A stretch of 64,000 nucleotides of DNA from Candidatus Salinivivens marinus (GTDB lineage Bacteria; Pseudomonadota; Alphaproteobacteria; Rhodobacterales; Rhodobacteraceae), in assembly GCA_038142605.1 (NCBI GenBank), contig JAYQKI010000007.1, positions 10,810 through 74,809 on the forward strand, written 5' to 3'. Shown here piece after piece: positions 1-7,538 of the stretch. Numbering within the stretch: the stretch's first letter is position 1; every line of letters starts with the position of its first letter. Made by a program: the position numbers and the translations under genes. A model generated the notes under the pieces. The model saw only the letters and a list, made by a program, of their open reading frames with translations, was not told the DNA's origin and did not search any database.

Positions 1-152
1 TCGGTTGTGAAAAAGCAGGGAATTGCTGTCTCACAAAATCAATATCTAAATGCATTAAGCCTACCTAAAAATTAAGGATTAGTACTGAAAAAATCTGACA
101 ATTAATAGTTATATTGTATTATTATAAAGTACTAAATCTTATTGGAAAACAA

Positions 153-1142
153 TTACTTATTTACATCAACCACAACTCGTCCTTTTATTTGACCACTCTG
201 AATTTCCTTCCCTAACCTTGGAAGGTCCGCAAGGACTGCATCGTTTATCATTCCATCAAGTTTTTCCATTGGTAGGTCAGTTGTAATACGGTTCCATGCC
301 CTAACCCTATTTTCATAGGGTTGCATTGCACTGTCAATTCCCAGCATATTCACGCCTCGGAGCAAAAAGGGTATAACATTTGCAGGAATTGCAGTTCCAC
401 TGGCATTACCAACCACTGCAACCGATGCTCCATATTTTAACTGCCCGAGCAATCTTGCAAGCATTTCACCACCAACAGCATCAACGCATCCAGCCCATGT
501 TGCCGCTTCTAAAGGCCTTTTAATTGCCTCGTTTATTTCACCGCGTTCTACTATTTGAGATGCACCCAGATCCTTAAGATAATTACTCGCTTCTGGTCGA
601 CCAGTCACTGCTGCGACTTCATATCCAATATTAGCTAATATAGCTGTCGCCACAGAGCCTACTCCACCGGCAGCACCCGTTACCAGCACAGGTCCATGCT
701 CTTGCTTTAAACCGTGATCCTCTAATGCCTGGATCGCCAACATCGCTGAAAAACCTGCCGTTCCAACAGCCATTGCCTGTTTAGTTGTTATGCCAGCGGG
801 CAGCGGAACAAGCCAATCAGCTTTGACTCTGGCTTTTTGAGCATATCCACCCCAGTATGCCTCTCCTACCCGCCAGCCAGTCAAAATTACTTTATCACCT
901 TGATTGTATCTCGGATCATCCGAACTCTCTACCGTTCCCGAAAAATCAACACCAGGAACATGAGGGTAGTTTCTTACTAAACCGCCTCCCGCTCCAAGAC
1001 ATAATCCATCCTTCCAATTAACAGTTGAATACTCAACCGCAACCACCACCTCACCATCGGGTAAGTCCTCAAGTGTTACTTGAGACACACCAGATGATGT
1101 TTTACCATCCTCATCTTTATTAACTACTAGAGCATTAAACAT
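153..1142 (-). CDS. acuI: Acrylyl-CoA reductase / YhdH-AcuI family NADPH quinone-oxidoreductase-like MDR protein
   Basis: 329-aa ORF with a zinc-independent MDR fold and the nucleotide loop VTGAAGGVGSVA. The N-terminus (MFNALVV..., VEYSTVNWKDGL) is typical of YhdH/AcuI. It lies 12 nt downstream of dmdA on the same strand, as described for Ruegeria pomeroyi. Confidence 0.75.
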   Translation of the reverse strand: MFNALVVNKDEDGKTSSGVSQVTLEDLPDGEVVVAVEYSTVNWKDGLCLGAGGGLVRNYPHVPGVDFSGTVESSDDPRYNQGDKVILTGWRVGEAYWGGYAQKARVKADWLVPLPAGITTKQAMAVGTAGFSAMLAIQALEDHGLKQEHGPVLVTGAAGGVGSVATAILANIGYEVAAVTGRPEASNYLKDLGASQIVERGEINEAIKRPLEAATWAGCVDAVGGEMLARLLGQLKYGASVAVVGNASGTAIPANVIPFLLRGVNMLGIDSAMQPYENRVRAWNRITTDLPMEKLDGMINDAVLADLPRLGKEIQSGQIKGRVVVDVNK

Positions 1143-1154
1143 AAAATTTTCCTT

Positions 1155-2258
1155 CTAAATCCAAAAACTTTCTTTGACGATGGCATCTCTTACGCCGTTA
1201 TTTGTAACTACCTGAACTTTGGTATTTTCATCCCAATGGGTCATTTTAACCATTCCTACTGCGACGTTTGTTTTGAAGTCAGGTGAATATGCCGCGGAGC
1301 TCACTCTACCCACTTGTTTATCATTCGCAATAATTGGCCACCACCGGTCACACACACCAACGTCGGGTCCGCTTATTTCTATTGCTCTAATCATTTGCGT
1401 TGGACCCTCCTTAGCAACTCGCAGCAAAGCATCTCTTCCGACACATCCCAATGCGTCATGAGTATCACAAAATTTACCTAAACCACATTCATGAGGAGTA
1501 TTATCATCAGTCATGTCATTACCATAGCTTAGAAGGCCTCCTTCAATTCTTTCGATTAAATTTGGGCACCCAGCATGAACATTATATTTCTTACCAGCTT
1601 CAAATAAAGCATTCCAAAGAGGCATAGCATTCTGATCACCTTCAACGTAAATTTCAAAACCACCCTGTTTTGAATAACCAGAGCGCGCTACGATCAAAGC
1701 CTGATTATTAAACTCTAACCGTTTAAATCTAAAGAACCTTATACTCCTGACTTCATCACCGAAAACGTCTGCCATTAGGTCGTCTGATTTTGGACCCTGA
1801 ACCGCAAGTGGGCTAACGTCAGGCTCATCTACTAGCACATCAAGACGCCAGCCATTTGCAATTCCCTTGATCCAATAAAGGAGATCACTATCAGCAATAG
1901 AAACCCACCAATGTTCATCGCTGATTTTAACAGCCACCGGATCATTCAACATGCCCCCAGTTTCATCAACTATTGGAACATAGTAACACTGACCGCCATA
2001 CATTTCTCGCAAATCTCTAGGTGTAAGCATTTGCATTAATCGGGCAGCATCTGGGCCCTTAAGTTCGATTTGGCGTTCAACAGCTACATCCCAAACTTGC
2101 ACTTCTGATTTTAAGTGATGATAATCTTCCTGAACACTTCGAAAGACTGTTGGAAGTAGCATATGGTTATAAACCGTATATGCCTTGACACCAGCGGCTT
2201 CTACGCCTTCAGAAAATACTGTTCTACGAAGTCTTCTGGACGGAGACAGAAGTGCCAT
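1155..2258 (-). CDS. dmdA: Dimethylsulfoniopropionate (DMSP) demethylase, GcvT/aminomethyltransferase fold
   Basis: 367-aa ORF that is colinear, from memory, with characterised DmdA. Shared blocks are SRRLRRT.F..GVEAAGVKAYTVYNHMLLPTVF, VWDVAVERQ, MLNDPVAVK, DVSPLAVQGPKSDDLMA, ARSGYSKQGGFEIYVEG and GLLSYGNDMT. Confidence 0.85.
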   Translation of the reverse strand: MALLSPSRRLRRTVFSEGVEAAGVKAYTVYNHMLLPTVFRSVQEDYHHLKSEVQVWDVAVERQIELKGPDAARLMQMLTPRDLREMYGGQCYYVPIVDETGGMLNDPVAVKISDEHWWVSIADSDLLYWIKGIANGWRLDVLVDEPDVSPLAVQGPKSDDLMADVFGDEVRSIRFFRFKRLEFNNQALIVARSGYSKQGGFEIYVEGDQNAMPLWNALFEAGKKYNVHAGCPNLIERIEGGLLSYGNDMTDDNTPHECGLGKFCDTHDALGCVGRDALLRVAKEGPTQMIRAIEISGPDVGVCDRWWPIIANDKQVGRVSSAAYSPDFKTNVAVGMVKMTHWDENTKVQVVTNNGVRDAIVKESFWI

Positions 2259-2278
2259 ATCTGAAATCCTTTTAGTAA

Positions 2279-2962
2279 TTACCTAGGGCCTCTCCAGTCA
2301 ATCTGGCAAATTTCTGCGGAACGCCCATCAAAATCCCAAACTCGACCGTGTGCACGAACCCGTCCTTTAGTAGCCGTTGCTACAGTTATATCTGGACCCA
2401 TCCAATATTCAGTATTTGTAACGACAATATCCTTACCACCATTACCAACAACAGGTACGATCTCACCTTGGATTTTTTTTCCTACCATCAGCCTTCGTGC
2501 ATTACCCTCGGTTGTGAATTCAACTGGCGCTCGTTCTGCACCCAAAAACTCACTTACTAAAACCTTAAACAGACCAGTAGTGCCCTTAGCTTTGCCACTA
2601 AAGATATTTATCAGTGCCTCATAAGCTGCATGACTAGCCCTATCATCAATGTAAGCAGCAGCTTTCCAGTTTCCCCTTGCCATAAGACCAGGGATTTCAA
2701 GAACCAAACCGACATTTAGCCCACTCAGGTTCTCATCCCCATAAAAACCATCATCAATTCTCACCCCAGCCCAAGCCTGACAGTAGCCCTCTGTTGGAGC
2801 ATGCTTGCCAAGAGAGACAACGCACGGACAAAAAATGGTGCAATTACAATTTAAAATTAATTCGCCTTTAACAGCCCAAGGCGTCAGCCCGTCCTCTTTA
2901 GGACCAGCTGCTGGGTGTCTGCTTGATATTTTTGCAGGCGCTTCAATTTTCTCATCGACCAT
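2279..2962 (-). CDS. DUF1326 family protein (Cys-rich, function unknown)
   Basis: 227-aa ORF with the family-typical LNCNCTIFCPCVVSLG motif. It is paired with a DUF2182 membrane protein 17 nt upstream, which is the usual partner. Confidence 0.7.
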   Translation of the reverse strand: MVDEKIEAPAKISSRHPAAGPKEDGLTPWAVKGELILNCNCTIFCPCVVSLGKHAPTEGYCQAWAGVRIDDGFYGDENLSGLNVGLVLEIPGLMARGNWKAAAYIDDRASHAAYEALINIFSGKAKGTTGLFKVLVSEFLGAERAPVEFTTEGNARRLMVGKKIQGEIVPVVGNGGKDIVVTNTEYWMGPDITVATATKGRVRAHGRVWDFDGRSAEICQIDWRGPR

Positions 2963-2979
2963 AAGCCAATCCTTTCCAA

Positions 2980-3732
2980 TTAAAAAATAAATAAATTTAA
3001 GCCAGATAAAATCAAAATTAATCCGAGTGGCATTGTTAAAAAACGACCATATTGTGGCAATTTTTCAATTATCATTAAAAATGTAGCTAACCCCATGAAT
3101 GCTAAATTCATCACACCACCAACAAATGAAATAAGCATTAAGGCCCAACAGCATCCAAGACATACAGCTCCCAGCAGCAAACCATTAGCCAAAGGGCCCT
3201 GATCAAAGTACTGCATAAAAAAGGTCAGAGGCCTTCTACATTTTGCCAAACATGCTTGTTTTAAACTCGTAAATTGGTAGAGGCCCGCAAAAAACAAAAT
3301 AAGGCCAGACAATTTAGAGGATGTAACCTGACCCAAATTATCCAAATACCCATAAATGAATAAGGCCATTTGTGAAACTGCTGCAAAAAAAGAAAAAACT
3401 ATCCAAACGGTTAAATATCCAAGTAGTAGGCGCAATAGATTTATCTCTACATTATCTCCTAACTCTTCATAAACAGCAAAAGCTGGCAAAGCCGTAGGTG
3501 CCATCATTGCTGCTGACATTAGTATCCACATCGAAAAAATTTGAAAAAAACCACTAACATCAGGAGTGATTATACAAAACTCATTAAAGAAATTAGCGCC
3601 GTAGATTTTTGATAGTAGGCGAAGTTCATTTGGTACTGATAGTAAATATAAGAATATCCATGCTATAGAAATCGCAAGAAAAAGCATGATCCAATGGACC
3701 TGTGTCATTTTTCGTACTTGTTCAGAAATCAT
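2980..3732 (-). CDS. DUF2182 family predicted metal-binding integral membrane protein
   Basis: 250-aa ORF with about 6 hydrophobic helices, a Met-rich helix (MWILMSAAMMAP) and Cys motifs (ACLAKC, CLGCC). It is adjacent to DUF1326. Confidence 0.65.
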   Translation of the reverse strand: MISEQVRKMTQVHWIMLFLAISIAWIFLYLLSVPNELRLLSKIYGANFFNEFCIITPDVSGFFQIFSMWILMSAAMMAPTALPAFAVYEELGDNVEINLLRLLLGYLTVWIVFSFFAAVSQMALFIYGYLDNLGQVTSSKLSGLILFFAGLYQFTSLKQACLAKCRRPLTFFMQYFDQGPLANGLLLGAVCLGCCWALMLISFVGGVMNLAFMGLATFLMIIEKLPQYGRFLTMPLGLILILSGLNLFIF

Positions 3733-3867
3733 TTAGACCTCAACGCGTTTCAGACGGGACTAATGCATGATGCAGCACTTTTTGACAATTCAAATATTAA
3801 TAAACGTAGCGTCAGTGTATTTTGCATTTTCTGTTGCAGTACTTTCATGCTGCTTGTATGGTCTAAG

Positions 3868-4180
3868 TGCTCTTTGAGCTATGGACATAAACGCGCTCGT
3901 AATAAGCGGATCGGACCTCGGGGCGGTACCGAGCGGCTCCACCATTATTTACCAATACGGTCATATGGGGTCGAAATAGGATAGACGAACGTGTAAAGGG
4001 GAAGGCTTTGTCTCGGCGGGATGCCACCGTTATCGGCGCAAAAAGTACAATTGCAAATGACAATCGTGCTCCAGTAGCAATGGCTGCTTAAGCAGTCGGA
4101 GATACTGAACTTTAATCCCTAGTGACTAGCATCACTAGGTGGGGTTAGAGCGGTTCCTCGCAACAGAATACCGTTCACTA
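3868..4180 (+). ncRNA. ssrA: Two-piece (circularly permuted) tmRNA. The acceptor piece ends at CCA 3944, a 22-nt spacer follows, and the coding piece starts at 3967. Outer ends are approximate.
   Basis: CGGCTCC-ACCA (3934-3944) pairs with the downstream GGGGTCG (3967-3973), giving a 7-bp acceptor stem with a G3.U pair. A stem-loop (3917-3933) abuts the acceptor strand. A GGATAGACG D-loop-like element follows the 5' strand. The tag frame 4053-4091 encodes ANDNRAPVAMAA-stop. Confidence 0.85.
4053..4091 (+). other. tmRNA tag-peptide reading frame (ANDNRAPVAMAA, TAA stop)
   Basis: GCA resume codon, then AAT GAC AAT CGT GCT CCA GTA GCA ATG GCT GCT TAA. The ANDN... start and ...AA end are typical of alphaproteobacterial proteolysis tags. 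Confidence 0.8.
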
Positions 4181-4294
4181 AATTTATGCTCTTATATTTA
4201 ATATACGTCAGCCGTTCGGTATGTAATCAATTTAATCCTTTTGTTTTTTTTGAATTATTTCTATTGTGCTCATAATTATTTAGAGGCCTTAAAC

Positions 4295-4756
4295 ATGAGT
4301 AAAAACATCGACTACGGAACATTGATGCACAAAGCAATGCGTACTCTAATTTTTGATGTTCTAAAAGATGTTGAAAAAAATGGCCTTCCAGGAGAGCATC
4401 ATTTTTTTATAACCTTCGACACTACAGTGGAAGGTGTTGAAATTTCTGAATGGCTTCGCCAAAGATACCCTGAAGAAATGACTATTGTTATTCAGCATTG
4501 GTTTGATGGACTTGATGTAAAAAAGGACGGGTTCAGTATTACATTAAACTTTGGGGATCAACCCGAGCCTTTGGTCATTCCATTCCTTTCAATCTTAACA
4601 TTTGTAGATCCATCAGTAGAATTTGGACTTCGATTTGAGCAAAATGAGGATGACGAATTACCTCAAGTTTCTGATATGGATCAAACAACTGTGAAAGAAA
4701 AAGAAAGCTCAAAGAAAAAAGGTGATGTTGTAAGTTTAGACAGCTTCAGAAAATGA
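4295..4756 (+). CDS. sspB: ClpXP adaptor SspB (alphaproteobacterial SspB-alpha type)
   Basis: It resembles Caulobacter SspB-alpha from memory (LPGEHHFFITF, YPEEMTIVIQHWF, FVDPSVEFGLRF). It has an acidic linker and the C-terminal ClpX-binding motif VVSLDSFRK. I prefer the ATG at 4295 over the track's TTG at 4241. Confidence 0.8.
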   Translation: MSKNIDYGTLMHKAMRTLIFDVLKDVEKNGLPGEHHFFITFDTTVEGVEISEWLRQRYPEEMTIVIQHWFDGLDVKKDGFSITLNFGDQPEPLVIPFLSILTFVDPSVEFGLRFEQNEDDELPQVSDMDQTTVKEKESSKKKGDVVSLDSFRK

Positions 4757-4803
4757 ATTCCCGAAATTAGATTAAAATATAAATTATTGAAGAAATAAAA
4801 TAG

Positions 4804-6195
4804 ATGACAGAAACTCGTACCGAAACTGATAGCTTTGGCCCATTACAAGTGCCAAATTCAAAATATTGGGGCGCTCAAACCCAACGCTCACTTTTGAATT
4901 TTCCAATTGGATGGGAAAAACAACCAGCCGCGATAATTCGAGCACTCGGTGTAATAAAAAAGGCTTGCGCCTTAGCCAATGTGGAAGCCGGAAAATTAAA
5001 TAAACCTCATGGAATGGCGATTGTGGAGGCCGCCTCAGAGGTTATTGCAGGTAAACTAGATGATCACTTTCCGTTAGTCGTTTGGCAAACAGGTTCGGGA
5101 ACGCAATCTAATATGAACGCAAATGAAGTCATTGCAAACCGTGCCATTGAATTATTAGGTGGAACTATTGGTTCAAAAGACCCTATTCATCCCAATGATC
5201 ATTGCAATATGGGTCAATCATCAAATGATACATTCCCTACCGCAATGCACATAGCTACTGCAAGTACTGCCCACAATACACTCATACCCAATTTAAGAAA
5301 ACTTGTGGACGCTATAGATGTAAAAATAGTTGAATTTGAGGGAATAATTAAAATTGGTCGCACCCATACGCAGGATGCAACCCCTTTGACTTTATCTCAG
5401 GAATTTTCAGGCTACAGGCATCAGGTTCAAAAGGGAATTGACCGAATTGAAAAATCTTTGGAAGATATTTACGAGTTAGCCCAAGGAGGTACGGCGGTTG
5501 GTACTGGCTTAAATACATCCGTTGGATGGGATACTACAGTGGCAAAATACATCGCTGAGGAGACTAAGCTTCCATTTGTCTCCGCCCCAAATAAGTTTGA
5601 AGCGCTAGCATCACACGATGCTATGGTAGAAATGTCAGGAAGTTTAAAAACTTTAGCAGCAGGTCTTTTTAAAATTGCTAACGACATAAGGTTTTTGGGG
5701 TCCGGGCCCCGTTGTGGTTTAGGTGAGCTTATTTTGCCAGAAAACGAACCGGGTTCATCAATAATGCCCGGAAAGGTAAACCCAACACAGTGTGAAGCCC
5801 TGACTCAAGTTTGTGCTCAAGTCATTGGCAATGATGCTGCCGTTGGTCTTGCAGGCTCCCAGGGACATTTTGAATTGAATGTATTCAAACCTATGATTTC
5901 TTATAATGTCATACAGTCAATGCAGCTGTTAGGAGATGCTTGTTCTGCCTTTACTGATAACCTAGTGAAAGATTTAAAGGCAGATAAACATCGAATTGAA
6001 AAATTAATGCGAGAAAGTTTAATGTTAGTCACTGCACTCGCAACTAAGATAGGTTATGACAACGCCACCACAGTCGCAAAAACTGCCCATAAAAATGGAA
6101 CAACTCTAAAAGAAGAGGCAGTAAAACTAGGTTTTGTTGATGATAAAACCTTCGATGAAATTGTAAAACCAGAAAATATGGTTGGACCCACCTAG
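4804..6195 (+). CDS. fumC: Fumarate hydratase class II
   Basis: 463 aa with the [15 protein letters not shown] signature and a typical FumC N-terminus ([21 protein letters not shown]). Confidence 0.95.
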   Translation: MTETRTETDSFGPLQVPNSKYWGAQTQRSLLNFPIGWEKQPAAIIRALGVIKKACALANVEAGKLNKPHGMAIVEAASEVIAGKLDDHFPLVVWQTGSGTQSNMNANEVIANRAIELLGGTIGSKDPIHPNDHCNMGQSSNDTFPTAMHIATASTAHNTLIPNLRKLVDAIDVKIVEFEGIIKIGRTHTQDATPLTLSQEFSGYRHQVQKGIDRIEKSLEDIYELAQGGTAVGTGLNTSVGWDTTVAKYIAEETKLPFVSAPNKFEALASHDAMVEMSGSLKTLAAGLFKIANDIRFLGSGPRCGLGELILPENEPGSSIMPGKVNPTQCEALTQVCAQVIGNDAAVGLAGSQGHFELNVFKPMISYNVIQSMQLLGDACSAFTDNLVKDLKADKHRIEKLMRESLMLVTALATKIGYDNATTVAKTAHKNGTTLKEEAVKLGFVDDKTFDEIVKPENMVGPT

Positions 6196-6211
6196 AATTA
6201 ATCTTCAGAAA

Positions 6212-6430
6212 ATGCGACCCCGAAAAAGATCTCTTATTATTAACGGACATAATACCTCGGTCTCCCTAGAGGATCTTTTTTGGGAGGAACTTAAAAATAT
6301 TGCAAAAGAGGAACAGCTATCAATAAATCAACTTGTTGCCAAAATAGATGAAAGTAGAAATTTCGAGAAAAGTGGTCTTGCGACAGAGTTGAGAGAATTT
6401 GTTTTAAAACACCACCTCAAGAAAAAGTAG
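6212..6430 (+). CDS. Ribbon-helix-helix domain protein (RHH_4-like), function unknown
   Basis: Small ORF (RSLIINGHNTSVSLEDLFWEELKNIAKEEQLSINQLVAKIDE) typical of the short RHH proteins of alphaproteobacteria. I chose the ATG at 6212. Confidence 0.55.
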   Translation: MRPRKRSLIINGHNTSVSLEDLFWEELKNIAKEEQLSINQLVAKIDESRNFEKSGLATELREFVLKHHLKKK

Positions 6431-6463
6431 ATTTTAACGTTAATTTTTTTGTCCAAATGAAGA

Positions 6464-7210
6464 CTAACCTAGAGTTCCTAAAACAGGAAAAGTCTCGAGC
6501 AACCAAAAAGACAAATCGGTAAATCCACCAGACAGCATCAATAGACCGACCGTCCAAAGCAGAAGCCCCATAATACGCTCAATAATTTCGAAATTGCGCT
6601 TAAAAAAGTTTAATGTATTCCCCATTTTGGACAAAAATGCCGCCACTACAATAAATGGAACCCCTAAACCAAGTGCATAAAAACCAAGTAAGATCAATCC
6701 TTTATGTAACGAAGCTTCGCTAGCCGCCAAACTTAGAATTGCTCCAAGTTGAGGGCCAATACAAGGCGTCCAACCAAAGGCAAATGCAAGACCCAGAAGA
6801 TAAGCTCCGAAAAATGAACCTCCCATTTTGCCTGTGTCAAATCTAACTTCTCTGTTTAGTAATGGAATATGGACTATACCTAAAAAATGTAATCCGAAGC
6901 CCATAATTAACAATCCTGCAAGGGTGGTTAAAAAATCTTTGTAGCCAAGTAAAAGAATTCCAAATGATGAGGCGGCAAGACCAAGAATGAGAAAAACAGT
7001 AGAAAGCCCAAGTACGAACGAAGTTGCTACCAGAATAACTTTTACATTCCTTTTTTGGCTGGAATGATCTAACGAAATCCCACTCATATAAGCTAAGTAG
7101 GGTGGCACTATCGGCAAAACGCATGGACTTAGAAAAGAAATAAGGCCAGCCAGAACTGAAACTAAAGCTGCAGGCAATATAGAAGCGTCAAAAATATCAA
7201 TTCCAAGCAT
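6464..7210 (-). CDS. ccdA: Cytochrome c biogenesis / thiol-disulfide electron transfer membrane protein CcdA (DsbD family)
   Basis: 248 aa and polytopic, with the conserved SPCVLP and WTPC(I)GP Cys motifs. Confidence 0.85.
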   Translation of the reverse strand: MLGIDIFDASILPAALVSVLAGLISFLSPCVLPIVPPYLAYMSGISLDHSSQKRNVKVILVATSFVLGLSTVFLILGLAASSFGILLLGYKDFLTTLAGLLIMGFGLHFLGIVHIPLLNREVRFDTGKMGGSFFGAYLLGLAFAFGWTPCIGPQLGAILSLAASEASLHKGLILLGFYALGLGVPFIVVAAFLSKMGNTLNFFKRNFEIIERIMGLLLWTVGLLMLSGGFTDLSFWLLETFPVLGTLG

Positions 7211-7297
7211 CGATTATCCTTATTAACTTAACTTAATTAACCAGATACAATAAGATTTTTAAATAGACGTATTATAGAAAAAAGCTACAAACGTTAT

Positions 7298-7522
7298 ATG
7301 AGAGATAAAATTTTAGACGCTACAGGTCTTCTTTGCCCATTACCGGTGCTAAAACTCAGAAAGCATCTTAAATCCATGGAGCTTGGCGATATAGTTTTGG
7401 TTCTTGCTGACGATCCAGCTGCAGCCATAGACATTCCCCATTTCTGCAACGAAACAGGTCACACATTGATTTCAAAAGAGCCTGGCGAGAAAGGCTCAAC
7501 AAGATACAAAGTCAAAAAATAG
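7298..7522 (+). CDS. TusA/SirA family sulfurtransferase
   Basis: 74 aa with the LLCPLPVLK (CPxP) active-site motif near the N-terminus. Confidence 0.75.
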   Translation: MRDKILDATGLLCPLPVLKLRKHLKSMELGDIVLVLADDPAAAIDIPHFCNETGHTLISKEPGEKGSTRYKVKK

Positions 7523-7538
7523 ATAGTTTATTTAATAT

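Noticed and set aside
1-75. Open frame-1 reading frame ending at TAA 73-75 (..SVVKKQGIAVSQNQYLNALSLPKN)
   Set aside because: Only 24 codons are visible, so I cannot identify it or show that it is coding.
3782-3862. Candidate sigma-70 promoters for ssrA (TTGACA at 3782-3787; TTGCAG-N17-TATGGT ending at 3862)
   Set aside because: The TTGACA has no acceptable -10 box at proper spacing. The second candidate is plausible but weak. AT-rich DNA gives many such matches, so I did not report it as a feature.
3694-4063. Track ORFs 3694-3984 (+, 96 aa) and 3863-4063 (-, 66 aa)
   Set aside because: They overlap the tmRNA gene. They have no Shine-Dalgarno or protein-like features and are explained by the structured RNA.
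6212-6430. The RHH protein as a possible antitoxin of a TA pair
   Set aside because: There is no partner toxin ORF on either side (fumC upstream, a convergent ccdA downstream). It appears to be a solitary RHH.
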